DNA from: Haliotis cracherodii
Taxonomy: Eukaryota
Reading direction: 5' to 3'
NCBI RefSeq assembly: GCF_022045235.1
Contig: NW_027266275.1
Span: forward strand, 57,846,001-57,910,000
Length of the DNA stretch: 64,000 bases
This document shows, one piece after another, positions 1 through 15,002 of the stretch. Under the pieces are notes generated by a model, which was not told the DNA's origin, ran no database searches, and saw only the letters and a list, made by a program, of their open reading frames with translations. Position 1 is the stretch's first letter; each line of letters begins with the position of its first letter. The position numbers and the translations under genes are program-made.

Positions 1-3000
1 ACATTTTAGATTTGATTAAAAAAGACATTTTCCTTGATCGTGAGACACTTTCAGAGGCTTATGTGAATAGCACCAGCCTAATGCAGCGTTCCAACTGTGG
101 CAATATCCTCAAAAGTGCTGTATTTACTATGCACTTACATCGCTAATTTCATCTTGGTAACTTGTCACATTAAAACTTTTGTCAATATTTGACAGCCATT
201 TCTAAGCTTGGGAAGTGATTGCAACAGTTTAGCGTCTTGAACGATTTAATCAACTGAGTCTTGCAGGTGATAAATAGTACAGAATAGACAAGGGTTTGCT
301 GAAGAGAAAAAGAACAAAATGTATGACAACAGAGCGATGAAATGGAGCGGTGATAAAGAAGCTGATGAAGGGGCATCATGTGAGCTGAGTTTGAATATTC
401 CCCTGCGCCCATGTTAGGTTAATCAAGCAGCTCCAGATGGGACTCCCTGTCCCATCCATGATCAGAAAATGGCAGGTTATTGCAGTGGGTGATCCACAAT
501 GGTAAAATCAATGGAGGAAGACTTTCAGACTGTTGCTTTTTACAGGAATTGCAAAGACCTTGAGGCCCTGATGGTAGGAATGTTATAGACACATTCTAGT
601 GTATTAGGATCACTTTGTCAAATTGAGTCCCATAAGTTACTGGATTAAAAACTGAAAACGTGTCTGGCATCACATTCATATCTGTGTGGGCCAATTCTAA
701 GTTTGCAAAGGTGACCAATTTTAGATTCAGGGGATCCTGTCATGAACAGTGTCTTAGAAATAAATATGCTTCGGGTATTCAGTGTTTATCTTACGAGAAT
801 CTCAGACACTCATCACCAAACTTTCTATCAGAAGACAATCCATCCTCCGTAATCTAGAGAACTATATATCCATTCTATTATGATGATTGTAAATACTCTA
901 GTCCAATTTCCAACCATAGCTTTGTTCAGCAGGTGACATAACCATAACCATCACCATTTCTCTTGTCAATAATTTCGCACAGAATTCCTTTCGCCCGTGG
1001 GTGTACTTTGAATGGACACATGTTTAGCATGGCCTGTTTTGAATCTGACACTAAACAAAGCTATGGAGATGAATGGGTCCAAGGTATTAATCATAACAGA
1101 GTGGCCATAGATCAGCCTTCTCAGCCTGTGGTTCCTCTTCACCAAGTCTGATTAAACACATCGCAGGTCATTGTCATGTGAAAAATATGTCAGTTCTATC
1201 ACCCTTGAGTCCATGGTGAGTTAGATCTGCCTTGCTGCAATGAACGCCTGATGGAAGGGGCCAAGATGGGTACGGTTCAAGGCTCAGACTCAAATTGCTG
1301 ACAATAAATGAAAATGGTGGTAGCTGATTATCCAAGAACTTATGTATTAGTGAATCTCTGGCCAGATCAGATCATGTTATGCGAGCACAATGTTTTCTGA
1401 TACTGAGTATGTGTGGTGTAATAGTGAGCTTTGGACAATATTCTCTTATATGATGGCATGTCAACTTCATGTGATGCAGGTTTTCGACAGAACACTATGG
1501 GGAAACCCATGAACGCAGGCATGGTCCTGACAAACCTAGAGACATAATCTGGGATTCAAACCCATAATCATAGGTTTTTGACATGCCTAAGGGACATAAC
1601 GCTGTATAATGCTGTCGGATTGTATAATGGGACATCTGTGCCCCTTTACCTTCTACGAAGATTTTCAGCCTGAAGTATCACTGTATGTGTTCCTTGCCAA
1701 TGTTATGTTCTATATTACATTTATTATAATATGATGCATACCCCTCTCCTATGTTGATATCCCAGGAACTCACATAACTTTAAATAACTCAATATCAATC
1801 ACACCAACTGAAAAAAAAAATTCGTTTCTGATTAAATTTAATTTTCTAAGCAGCTGAAGAATTTGTGAGAGCTACAGAGCAAGTGTTACAAGCTTGTTCC
1901 AGTGTTCATACAAAGACAGTCATGAATATTTCAAGCCCCATTTCATGGTTTAGGCTGTGATCCAGTGTCCTTGCAACACTGCTCTGCTGCCTATAACATG
2001 TCTTAAATGTCCATTTACAGGAAACATAAATCAATATGCTGATGAGAAATGGATGGCCGAACCCAGTCCATAATCAACTTTATGCTGTCATTCAGTTAAA
2101 TCTTTTCCATGAGAGCAATATAAATTCTATGATTAGTTCTGTCGTATTTTTCAAGCTTGGGACACATTTCAGTGTGGTTCTGCTTTTTTCAGCCATAGTA
2201 CTGTTGAAGGGACCCTTGGAATTTGGTGTCAATTTCATTACTAGTCATGTCTATTTCACAAGCAGGTCTTATTTTCAGCATCAGTGTTAGGTAAAACTGT
2301 GATCACTTTGAGTATTTATGAAGGTAATAAAGAGAATTTAGTGTTCGTCACGATGTTGGAACAGTTCATGTACTGGAGAGTTTGCACTTAGCTGTAATGG
2401 ATTGAATGAGGTAGAAGATTATGAATGTGTAAGAAGATAGGCGTAAAATGTTCAGGATGGAAAACTTAGATAATGTAGTCACTTGCAATTGATCTTCATC
2501 TTGAGCTGTCGACACTTACATTTTTCTATTGACCCTGAAATTTTCACAAATATCTCTTCACTGAAGCATGCAGACAGAATTCATTCTATTTCTATTGTTA
2601 GTACCTGTCATATTTTCAGTCACAAAGTTTGATCCCTATGGTAAGTAACCATAACTCAAAATGCCAAACATGGGAGTTGGTGCATTGCTGACATAAATGC
2701 TGATTGGTGAGCACCTTCAGTTTTGGTTGTGAGTTTGGTAAGTTGTAGACTAACGTCTCTGAAAAATATAATTTTGATAGAAACAAACAACTCCATATAA
2801 ATTGAGATGGAGCCCCAGTCAGATGGGAGATTCCTGAACCTGTGGAATATCTAGACTTGTTTCATTTAGGGCTATATCAATACAGAAAGGGCTGGGCGGA
2901 AGGAAAAATACGATGGTTCAGGGACTGTGATACAGACTAGTAGACTAACATCTAGTCTCCGAAATGAACATATCGTACAGAAAAAAAAACAGTTGTTAAA

Positions 3001-3159
3001 TTATCTTCATAAAAATATAATAAAAAGGAGCCCAGATACTGCAGTAATCTATACTTGCCAAACATATCGACTTGCATGGGCTGTATTGGATATATTTGTA
3101 TCAGGGTCTGTAAGACAGACAACAGACCAGATATGTTAGGGACTAGCACGATACTATGA

Positions 3160-3326
3160 GTGAGTGAGTGAGTATGGTTTTACGCCACTTTTAGCAATAC
3201 TCTAGCAATCTCACAGAGGGGGACACAAGAAAAGGGCTTTACACATTGTACCCATTTTGGGAATCGAACCCAGGTCTTCAGTGTGATTAGCGAATGCTTT
3301 AACCACTAGGCTACCCGACCGCCCAC
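3160..3326 (-). mobile_element. SINE family A (tRNA-derived, ~165 bp, (ACTC)n tail)
   Basis: A-box TAGCCTAGTGG and B-box GGTTCGATTCCC on minus strand; TSD GATACTATGA. Other copies at ~9660-9812(-), 48580-48716(+), 62447-62530(-, partial) and several decayed ones. Confidence 0.9.
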
Positions 3327-6300
3327 AGGATACTATGAAAAGGGCTCTGGGTGATGATCACAGCTGAACCCGTAGTGTATTGCTAGTTGTCCTAAGTTTC
3401 ACCCAACATGAACAGTCCTGGCAAGAAGAAAGAACTGTGAGAGTGAAATATTTTGATCCCTGTTTCCATTTGCTGTGTCGGATTGTGTTATGCTCCAACC
3501 TGAAAAAGAGAAATCAAAGAAAATTACAGGAAGCTTTTATCCTGATTTTCTTTAACACGTTGCCAATTGAGACCTGTCGCAGTTGTCTGAGTGCGTTGGT
3601 GTGAAGAGTTGTCTATTTCACCGTTCGAGTTGTTGATATCGGTGATGCGGTTATTATTATTTCATGTAAAGTTTTTGTGTGCCAGCTCTGATTTGCTTTA
3701 CACATAGTGATAAAGCTATCATAATGATGATCAGGTATTAAATCCCATTCGATCACTCATTCTAGCTTCAACTTTAATAACCAATGCATTTGCAGTTTTT
3801 GTTGAGTCAGCAAAATTGATAAAGTTCAAAGAGAATATTGGGACTTTATTATGAGCTTGTGAAAGGGATTCCAGTATGGAAACTTTTAGTGACTATATTT
3901 ACCTCATATGAGTGACATGCAGTATAGTTCTTGGCATGAAAGATGCACTCAAGAGGCTGTTGATATTCACCAACCAATTAATATTGTAGATAGCTGATTT
4001 CCCTAAACCTTCAGTTTATGTCCTTATGCTTTCATAAAGCGATTATGTTTTCAGTAAATAGAAATTCCACTTTTTTAACCATCAAGTTAAAACCTTCATC
4101 TGAAAGATCCCCAACTCAGGAACGTCTATGAAGACATAGTTTATCATGCTGGTAATTCACCCATTTACTTATCGTAATTTCCCTAAAGTATTGGAGTGGC
4201 TGGGGTTATTGACGTCGTGAAGAATGTGCATATTCCGCTGTCTATGAAAAAACACTCTGAGAATCTTTGAGTGCCAGGATGCCATGAAAGTTGATGTCAG
4301 AGAAGCAAGAATTGGACCATCTTTTCCAGAAAGAATTACCAGTGAGACTGTTTGTTATGGCCATGCACCTCTCCAGCCGTACACCAGTCACCTTTTTAGA
4401 GGGATCCTAGAATATTAAAGCTGGTCCCTCATGTCTCCTTAACTAGTACTCCTCAACTTCATTAAAAAAAGACTGAGTGCCATACTTCTTTAAAGAGAGA
4501 CTAACTGCTGTTGAATTGAGAAAAATATGGTTATAATTTGAAGGTGTGCAAAGACACTGATATTTATGGAATGTTACTTGGTGTCTAATCTGACTAGTGT
4601 GTATTAATGAGATCAGTTTATGGTTTTTTTTATAGAATATCTTATCTTTTTCAATGAGATGAAAGATGTGGGTTCCTTTGGTATATTTTATTTTCAGATG
4701 TAGAATGGCAGGTGAGGGCCTGGTTAGTGTGTTCACTTTCCAGTCATAAGTCTTGGGTTTGAATCCCTATATGATCCCTCAAATACATGTTTATTCAACT
4801 GATCATGCTTACAAATTCAAAGAGAACGTCTGATTGTCATGTTTCAGTTGCAATGATGATTTGTGGCTTCACTCTTGTTGCCAGCTCGTCCATATACTCA
4901 TCCACCCACTCACCCAACCGCCCGCTCACCCACCCACCCGCTCTTTTGTTATGATGTTTGACTATAGAATGTAGGTACAATATATGTAGCCCAATCCTAC
5001 ATGTTAATTAGTTATTATCTCAAACAACTACCCATCCACCCACCCATCCACCATCTCACTCAGGGGTTTTACCTTGCACAACTCACAAAATACACAGCAA
5101 GTATGGGTAGATCTTCAGCAACCCCTACTTGCCGTAAAAGGTGACTATGCTTGTTGTAAGGGGCGACTAACAGGATCAGGTGGTCAGGCTTGCTGACTTG
5201 GTGTTTGTATGGCATCGTATCCCAACTGCGTTGATCAATGCTCATTATAACAATCCCTGGATTGTCTCGTCCAGACTTGATTATTTACAGACCGCCGTCA
5301 TATAGCTGGAATATTGCCGAGTACGGCATTAAACAACAAACCAACCACAAAATACATTTCTCTTGGACTTTGTTGGAAAGGAAAGTGCTAAACCTCGCCA
5401 AGTAGTTGATGTCCTGATTCAGAATGATAAACTGCTTTATGCTACTGAGAGCTTAAAGACAGTACATGTGTCTGTAAAAAGATATGTAATAAGTGACACA
5501 TGGATTATTCTGTTTGGGACAGGGTTGTCTGGTCGTTTGTCTGATTTTCTTATATTGCTAAATTTGGGGGAGAAAAAACTAGCTGCAGAGAGAATTTATC
5601 CTTCTGCAAATGATTAATGTGCCTGGTTGTACGTGTCTAGGAACTTAAATCCTGTAAGTTTATGTGTTGAAATGAGAGGATATGTATTGGTTTGTAACCC
5701 TGCCGTCTCCTACATTGCCTCCCTGATTGCATATGTATGTAGTAACGCTGGAATGTTATTAACGACTGGACCAATGAAATATACAACTATTTTTTTCATG
5801 CTGTCAAGTGTCAAGAGGTTATCAGGAAATGAGTTAAACAGTGTCGGCGACCGTCATCTGGCACCTTTTTCTTTGTAGTAGTTATGTAAGGTAATGCTAC
5901 TTTCCCAATGGCTTACTGTAAATCTTCAGCAATAAGACATAGGTCATAGCTCGGTGTAAACACAAAATGCAGAGTGTGATGAAGTGCCAAGATGGTAGTA
6001 TTTTGTGATTTATGAGGATGAAATTGTTACAATGAACATGGAAAAGGACATGATTTAAGTCCTGCCTTGCCATCACCTTATCTTATCACAAGATGTGTCA
6101 GATAGATACTTTGTAAGAATAGGTGTTTGTGTAAACAGTTAGGTATGGAGGGGCCAAGGTGCTATAATTCACAATGCAGAGTTCAGTCCCTTTCATGTGC
6201 AAGGATCTACTGATTCACCCCCAATATGATTCCTGCACCTTATTCATATGGTTATGGCTTTCAACAAAGTGGTAAACATCTACATCCTGTGTCACGTTGA

Positions 6301-9300
6301 CCTGTTTGCCTCATCAAACTGACATACATGTAGTATGATACATGTATAACTGAAATACTGTTCAAAGTGGTGTTAAGCCCAACTAACACTCACTCAATGT
6401 AAATATTAGGAACAATTCATTACCACTAGCCCGAAATAAATCATCCTTTCCAGATTATGATTCCTCCCCCTTGGAAACCAGCATAGCCTGTTTTCTCTGC
6501 ACTCCTGATATAGCGTAGGATTATGAGTGAAACAGTGCCGGGGAATCTATGTTGTGTCAATACAGTTTTACCAGAGCATCAATATTTTCACCGCACTCCA
6601 TGCCTGGTGATAGGCTGTGGTGGCTAAACATTTGGTGCAGTGTTATATTTGTAGTGGAAGAATTTAGGATGTTCCTGGAGGATTTAGACTATGTAGTATT
6701 TGACTCCTAAATGGGCTACTTTTTTAACATTTGAACCCCTTGACTTTTAAGGGCTGGTTTTGGTACTTTGTCATTTGCACTGTAAAAAATTACATTTGAG
6801 TTAGTATGGTTTTATTCTTTTATGCCTTTAACAATATTTCAGCATATTGTGACAGGGAATGTACCCATTTGGGGTATTGAATCCAAGCTTTCAGTGCAAC
6901 AGGTGAACACTTTTGCCACGAGTCTACCCCTCACTGAGAATGGCCTTGTGTCCTCTTGTTTGTCTCGTACATATTGGATACAGCTAGGCCAACAGGATCT
7001 TCTTTCTAACAGTGTTAAAATTGAATATCACCTGATAACCTTTAATATTGTTTTACCATTGCATTCACCTGTCAGCCTTTCTTGTGAAAAAAACCCAGAT
7101 CCCTGAATCAGTTGATGGTCTTACATGAAGTGTTGCAGGAATGTTGTAACGTTGGCCTGTGGTACACTGACATATATACATGGTTTCTCTACTAAACCAG
7201 ACAGTTATGTTTCTATGCCTGTTGTTATTCTACTTGAAATAGGTGTATGAATTCCTCTGCCTTTGAAGGCTAACATCAGTGGGGCCAAGTCCATCTGGTT
7301 TTATACTGGGTGGACAGGTGATCGCTTGCACTGCTATTTTTGAGCCCCTCACCAAACGTACAGTCTTTCTGATTTATGACCTAATTGAGCTGCCATACAT
7401 CAGTAAAATCACTTTTCTCGATGCAACTTTGTCATCACCTCCCAAAATAAAGGAGGACAAAATGGTGGAAGGCTTTGAAAAAAATTCATAAGCATATAAT
7501 AAATTTAGGAATAGCATTAGTGTTTTTGTACCACTTCTTTTTCTGAATTATGATCAATCCGATGGCTGTATTTTTTGTAGCCAAGGGAGAAGAACTTGTA
7601 GAGAAGTTGGTATGTTTTTTACGGATGTGATATCTTTTTTGTAGTTCTGCAGTTTTTGTCTCCAGACTGGCTTGTTTCAGATGAAACTGAATATATCTTT
7701 TAGCATATCTGCCTTGCTTTGGTTCTGAAAGGTTTCTGTTTAGTAGAGGTGTTTTTCGTATCTATTCTTGAAGTGTCCCTCACTCATCACAGATTATGAT
7801 GTAGATATGTTGGAATAAATTACATTTTCATATGTCCTTCCTGAAGGATGCCCTTGGTAAGTCCAGTCAGGTGTTCTTCTTAATGTCCAGATTGTACTTC
7901 AGTTCGGCCTGCAAGACATTGGGTAGAATAACTCCCCTGTGTACTGTGCAAGCTGCAAGTAGAGACAGCTGAAATGAGTATCCATTGGTAACAATGGCTG
8001 CTCATATGAATGATCATTACATTGGAGGGTGAATGTCCTTCCTTGTGCCACAGAAAGTAGGATCTGGAGGTAATTTGAGATATAACTGATGGAGAGGTGT
8101 ATTCCAGGGTAATTCTAGGGTGGGGCCTTGTGTTTTTAGTCCCTAAATTTGAATAAAAGCCCGCATTTTCAAAGACAATGGGGCATTTTAGCATTGTGCT
8201 GTATGGGCAAATGTAGGTGTACCTCTGGAATGTTTAAAATTTTCTGATAAACTTCCTGGAGTGAACCCTGGTGTTTGTTATACCTTCTATGGTACCAACA
8301 AACTACTGAATGTCTTTAAAAATCCACAAAACTAGCGATGGAGCTTGTGTATATGTAATCTATTAATTGTTGATAAAAACAACAGAAGATTTGGCCCATA
8401 CTGTTCACACTGTACATGTGTTTCTGGAAATGAAATAAAGCATCAGAGTGTGAACAATATGTGTTCAAGGTTCATGGTTCACATTTCAAATCAGAACAGG
8501 CTCTGGATGATGGCTTAGTCATAAAACCATTGTCACACTGGTTTCGATTTTGCAAGTGGGTACAATGTGTGAAGCTCTCTGCTGTCACCGTGTTGATATT
8601 CATGTGATTGCTGGAATATTGCTGAAAGCAGAGCTCACTAAAATCCAAACACGAAACTGCCAGTGGGTATTATTATACTGTAGGTGTTTCTAAATATCTA
8701 CCATTTCAACACAGCTCATCAGCTTGCGCTGATCAAAGCTAATGCTATCATTGCTGGGTAGATGCAGAATTCTCACATGTCAGAATTGGCAGGCCTATAT
8801 TCTGGCGATATGAGTGTTTCACTGTGTTCTGAGGATGATTCATGTAAGGAATAATTTCACTCATCACATTTCTTGTATTTCATTTCCTGAAAGTTTTTAC
8901 TGGAGCATGAAGATCTGTGCGGGCAAGACATGACTACCTGCTTGCTTACATCTGATGAAACAAGTAGAAACATATGTCAAATGGCGCCAGACAGATATCA
9001 GTAATTATTTACACACTTTTTTTCCCCTCCTAGGTGGCTCAAGTTATCATCCTTCTAACTTTGGGTATTTTTTTGTCAATAGTTTTAACAATTGCAACAC
9101 TTTGTAGTGTTGCTTTCAATTAAAATCAACAAGGAGAAGCCCCTGTGTGATTTAGTTCATGTTGGTTGCATTGAAAGATACTTCATGCTGCTAAGATGGG
9201 CCCATGCTGAAATTGACAACACATGTATGTAGCATGTGTATTGCGGTGCTAAGTGGCCATGAAGACCGGTAGGGAGCACATGATTTAATACAGGAGCAAG

Positions 9301-11860
9301 GTACATGTGTGTTAACACACGCAAGGGGTGGCACGGATAATTCGCCAATTTCTCAAGTGTAATAGATGGGAACTTAATGAACTGCTTTGAAAATGGGATT
9401 GGCCTGTCTCGCAGTGTCACGATGAGGGATTGGAATTGTTTGCACTGAAAAAGTGTAATGAGCTTGCACTTGTAGCTCTTGAGATTGGATGATGAGAAGG
9501 GAAATATTGAAAAAAGCTTTTTTTCTCTGTTGATTGACGGGAGGTGGTTAGGTGGCCCAATGTGTAGTGTGTTCACTCATTAGCCAAAAGGCCTAGATTA
9601 GATTCCTTGCAATGACTGAATTATTGGTAGTGACAGCATAATGTCTGATTTGTTCACTTGTGAGTGAGTATGGTTTTACACCACTTTTAGCAGTATTCCA
9701 GCGGGGCTGGGGACACCAGAAAACGGTTTCACACATTGTACCATTTATGAACAAACCAGGGACTCTCATGTTACTAGTGAACACTTTAGCCACTATGGAA
9801 CCCCACCGCCCATGTTCACATGTATGAGTGACTGAGTGAAGGTTGTTTTATGCCACAGTAAGCAATATTCCAGTTTTATCATAGCAGCTTATGGTTAAAA
9901 ATTCTGGGACCGAAACAAACCAATAGTTGATAGATCAGTACCCTTCGGGTACAATGACACACAGAAAGCCAGGTCTAACATTGTGACACCCCATCCTCAT
10001 TGTAATCCGCTCTTGTGACATAAATGCAGTGCTTGGAACCTATCCTGACCTAGCGGCGTCACAAGGGCAACTTGCAAGAACATGGTTGACTAATAAACAG
10101 TCTTTGCAGATATGTTTCTTTGTAAGTTCTGAAAGTCTTCGTGAATATCATTGATTACATATATATGAATCTCAGATCAAATTTCAACCATGCGTCTGGT
10201 TCAATGTACCTGGTTTCAGTAGGTAAGGCTATGTGACCATGTGTCTGAGTGCAAATCTCCAATTTCAGACGAGATGCTGAACATTGGCCATCTAAGTCTG
10301 TGCAAGACCCTACTCCAACAGGCCTGCTATATTGCTGGAATGGAAATCTATTCCATATACAGGGGGTTTAGACATGGGTCAGGGTAATCATTGATTTGAA
10401 GCCAGGCTGATGAGGGAGTTTTAGGAGCCGATGGAGCCATGGTATCGGCAGAGGCTGAAGTTAACAGTACACACTCCACTCGATTGCTTTCTGAACATGC
10501 TGGTCTGGGGTGGCGGAAAGGAATCTGTTTTCAACTGTAATTTGGTGGCATATGGGAACACAGCTGCCCTATTTGGAGACTATAGACTTGGGTCATCTCT
10601 GCAGAATTTGTCAATTGGGGCAATAAAATTGCATTTGGCAGTAATTTAGAGTGATTTGATAATAATTGAGGAAGAAATTGTCTGAGCTGGTGAAATAGGG
10701 AATGTATTGGCTTAACTGATCCGTTATTGACTATGATAGATCGAAGGGGTACATGTCTGTCGTCTGGTGTTTTCTGTCCATGCTTATGCTTGAAAAAGAA
10801 CAGATTTTGTTGTTGAGACATATGGCTATGTCTAGTGAGGTTTCCATTACCGTCCTTAAATTTAAATGCAGGACTTTCTGACCTGAAGGCAGGCACTTGA
10901 TCCATGCCTCCAAAGATATAGTTGGACACTATTTTACACATGGGACTCAAACCAGGGTATCGTTCAATTAGTTTAAGATGAACACCTAACCCACTTGACT
11001 ATACCCCCACTGCAAGGTTATTCGATTATGTTCAGTTCATTGAAACATAACCGATAAATGTGTTTCCCTTTAAATATGGTCACAAATGTTTCCTAAGCAG
11101 TGGTGATAGTCACTGGAGCATGACTGTTTCTCTGTGCAGCATAGAGTCTCACACATAGCTTGTTGTCAAGTGATTGACAGAAACATGTAACCCCAAAACT
11201 GGTTTATGAGTCTGGGATATCTTTATTAAATAGCTACTCATTTCCTTTCCTCCCCTGCCTATAGCCCAAGTGTGAATAGCATATACCCTTCTCTAGCCGA
11301 TCATGTCAAGTGCTGCTGTCTGATTCGCTATCGAAAACATTCATTTCAGATTCCATGAATATTTATAGAATTCAGCAAGCATGGCGTGTCCAAAATAAAC
11401 GTCTGCCTTTGTATTCGGTGTCAATGAACCTCTTGATAATCCAAATTAGTGTTTAAAAATCCTGCTTTCTCCCTTTGGGCTCTTTTCCTCCATTTTTCAT
11501 TTGATTTATGTTGTTCCACACTTCTTGTAATATCGATTTCATGTAATCAACGTCCGGTAAATGTCATATTGTCATACTACAAGTTATCCACTATTGAAAT
11601 TGACACACAAATGCTATAAACTCTTCATATATTGATCTTCAACTAAACACATGGCTTTTACTACTTCAGTTGCCTCCCTTTGAGCTTTCTTTTTTTTTAG
11701 CTTTAATTACCATTACAAACGCTATGATCTTATTAGGTTAATCAAATGATGGCATCTGGAATGAATGAGGTTTATTTCAATTTGTATGAGCACTTAAAGG
11801 TTAAGATGACAATGTGGGCTCTGAAACAAATGACATGACATTCATTTATGTGCCACATGT

Positions 11861-12121
11861 TTTGTTTTGTTTGTTGTTTAACGCCACACTTAGCAATATT
11901 CCAGCTATATGACGGCGGTCTGTAAATAATCCAAGTCTGGACCAGACAATCCAGTGATTGATAACATGAGCATCGATCCACGCATTTGGAATCGATGACA
12001 TGCATCAACCAAGTCAGTTGATCACCCGATCCCATTAGTCGCCTCTTACCACAAGCATAGTCGCCTTTTACGGCAAGCATGGGTTGCTGAAGACCTATTC
12101 TACCCCGGATCTTCATGGGCC
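11861..12121 (-). mobile_element. SINE-like family B (~250 bp, no tRNA head)
   Basis: shares the GCTTGTCGTAARAGGCGACTAA core and GCTGGAATATTGCT...GGCGTTAAAC tail; TSD ATG(T/G)GCCACATGT. Other copies ~5100-5348(+), 13510-13744(-), 20143-20370(+), 50265-50453(-), 54865-55098(-), 56954-57187(-). Confidence 0.88.
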
Positions 12122-14241
12122 ATGGGCCACATGTGGTATGTGTCAAAGATGCATGTGAATTTATGATTTAATTATATGCAAATTTAGCACACTGAGCAAT
12201 ATCTGATGTCCATTGAGATTGTTACTTTTTCTTGTAGACTGGTTCATTGTCCTGTGTACTGGAAAATCTTCTTGTCTATCTCTAAATGCTTTTCAAAATG
12301 ATTTATCTCAACTTCTGCAAGTAGTTTTTAAGGAATTTAGAAGTTAAGGAATTCCTGTTGGTGGTGATATAACATTTGAAACATTGATTGTGGAAATGCA
12401 CATCATCACAGATTGGTCGATAAATTAGATCCATTGCATCAATACTGAGTAACCTGCATGGCTTCTTACAAAGATGGGTGGAAAAACCACGCTCGGTGCA
12501 CGAGAGAAAGTATCGGTCCACAGTCAGCTTTGTTTGTCTGAGAAGAGCTTGTTAGGGACGGATGAGGCCAATTGAAGTGAAATTGAATCACGGAGTTTGG
12601 ATAAAGACATTATCGCATTTCGACTGAGACCTGATCAGAAGAGTCGTGAAATGTTAAAGGGCAAGGTCAACAGAACTCATTTTCTTGCCAGAATTATCAA
12701 TTAGTTGTTACAGTTTATGAGATTTTGATTTTTGTATCAGTTTTTCTGCTATCTCACTGGATGACAGTGTTTTGGAGCATGGGATGAATAAAGGGATTGA
12801 TCCTCATATCATTGTGATCTTGGTAATCTTTTGTAAAGGCCATATCTAAAAGTAGCAGTTTTATGGTAGGAGTTTGGCCATTACTACCACATCCCATTTA
12901 CTGCTGCCATCGCTGTGTCGACCATTATTCATTCTGTCAAATTACACAGGTTTTTCGGTCAGACACAAAGACTGGGATATTCATTATGAACGGGAATTAA
13001 TTTCCTATGCATGCAGCATTATCACTGGACACTACGTCGTGCAGTATGATTGCTTCCTTATGTTACAGTAACTTATAATGACTTGAATCACGATTGCTTA
13101 GTCAAAGCTCTACAGCACTGATAGGAACGTGTTTACTCTACTCAGAGCCCTCATTGTGCATTGATTAAGTGTGTGTTTTAATAGGACCTGAACATATGCA
13201 TTGCATGCATGTGTCCTCTCACTCTCAGATGGGACACTTTGTTAGACCGATGGGTCACTGCCAGGCTGGGTGACTTCGGTGATGGCATGTTATTGTTTCC
13301 CAATTGCCTGGATCAATACTCATGTCAGTCACTGGATTGTCTGACCCAGACTTGATGATTAACAGACCCTGGTCATACTACTAGAATATTAGTCTGGCAT
13401 TAAACAACAAACATACCTTTTCAATCTTGAAGTTTCAACATCAGTATTTGTGACCAATGTAAATCTAATGACGTTATTATTCAGACTCATGGTAACTTTG
13501 TTTCTATATTTGTTTGTTGTTTAATGCCTCACTCAGCAATATTCTAGCTATATGGCAGCAGACTGTAAATAATCGATTCTGGACCAGACAATCATGTGAT
13601 TGACATCATGCGCATTGATCTACGCAATTGGGAAATGATGACATGCATCAGCCAAGTCAGCGAGCCTGGCCTCCCGATCCCGTTAGTTGCCTCTTCGGCA
13701 TGCATGGGTTGCTGAAGACTTATTCTACCCGGATCTTCACGGGCACAGTAACTGATGTATATAGTCACGCATGCTGTGTAAGATGTCTGGCAACACAAGT
13801 GAGCAGAACTCTGACACAATAACACTTAGTCTCTCTCTTACAGACCCCTGAGCAATATGTGTAACATTCACCCCCATTTCACGCTCATCCCCCTTTCAGA
13901 TCTCGGAGAATGAGGGTTCCTAAATACTTAGGGTTTCTTCATAGAATTATTTGATACATAAAGTTATTTGAGGGTCAAATGAATCAGCCATGACATATTT
14001 GAAAGGACTGTTTATGTCAATGGACATGAGTCCATAGTAGCTAACATGGTCAGTCATCTGAAACCTGTGGCTGAGCTAGATGCTGGTGTAGGCAGTATTG
14101 TTATTTGATAATGCTGGACACATTAGCTTGAAGGCCGGAACTGACAATATTTGCCTGGAGGGACATTGTAGAGGTCAGATGGTAAAACAATGACCCCATC
14201 AGCTTAACTGTATTGGCCCTATTGGATAGCTGTCACATCAC

Positions 14242-15002
14242 TCAAACATAGAATCAATGTATTGGAGGTTCCATAAGGGTGACTGCATGCACCATAGAGA
14301 ACAATAGTGGACCTTGGATCAAACATAGAATCAGTGTATTGGAGGTTCCATAAGGGTGACTGCATGCACCATAGAGAACAATAGTGGACCTTGGATCAAA
14401 CATAGAATCAATGTATTGGAGGTTCCATAAGGGTGACTGCATGCACCATAAAGAACAATAGTGGACCTTGGATCAAACATAGAATCAATGTATTGGAGGT
14501 TCCATAAGGGTGACTGCATGCACCATAGAGAACAATAGTGGACCTTGGATCAAACATAGAATCAATGTATTGGAGGTTCCATAAGGGTGACTGCATGCAC
14601 CATAGAGAACAATAGTGGACCTTGGATCAAACATAGAATCAATGTATTGGAGGTTCCATAAGGGTGACTGCATGCACCATAGAGAACAATAGTGGACCTT
14701 GGATCAAACATAGAATCAATGTATTGGAGGTTCCATAAGGGTGACTGCATGCACCATAGAGAACAATAGTGGACCTTGGATCAAACATAGAATCAATGTA
14801 TTGGAGGTTCCATAGGGTGACTGCATGCACCATAGAGAACAATAGTGGACCTTGGATCAAACATAGAATCAATGTATTGGAGGTTCCATAAGGGTGACTG
14901 CATGCACCATAGAGAACAATAGTGGACCTTGGATCAAACATAGAATCAATGTATTGGAGGTTCCATAAGGTGACAAGATGCACCATAGAGAACAAGAGTG
15001 GA
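14242..15002. repeat. 77-bp minisatellite, ~10 copies
   Basis: unit TCAAACATAGAATCAATGTATTGGAGGTTCCATAAGGGTGACTGCATGCACCATAGAGAACAATAGTGGACCTTGGA, nearly invariant. Confidence 0.97.

Noticed and set aside
2021-2073. Possible exon ttacag|GNINQYADEKWMAEPSP*
   Set aside because: Ends in a stop with no good donor or poly(A) signal and no recognisable homology
12085-12119. CUGAAGA on the antisense strand of SINE B as a hammerhead core
   Set aside because: No GAAA after the putative stem II and no stem III/NUH
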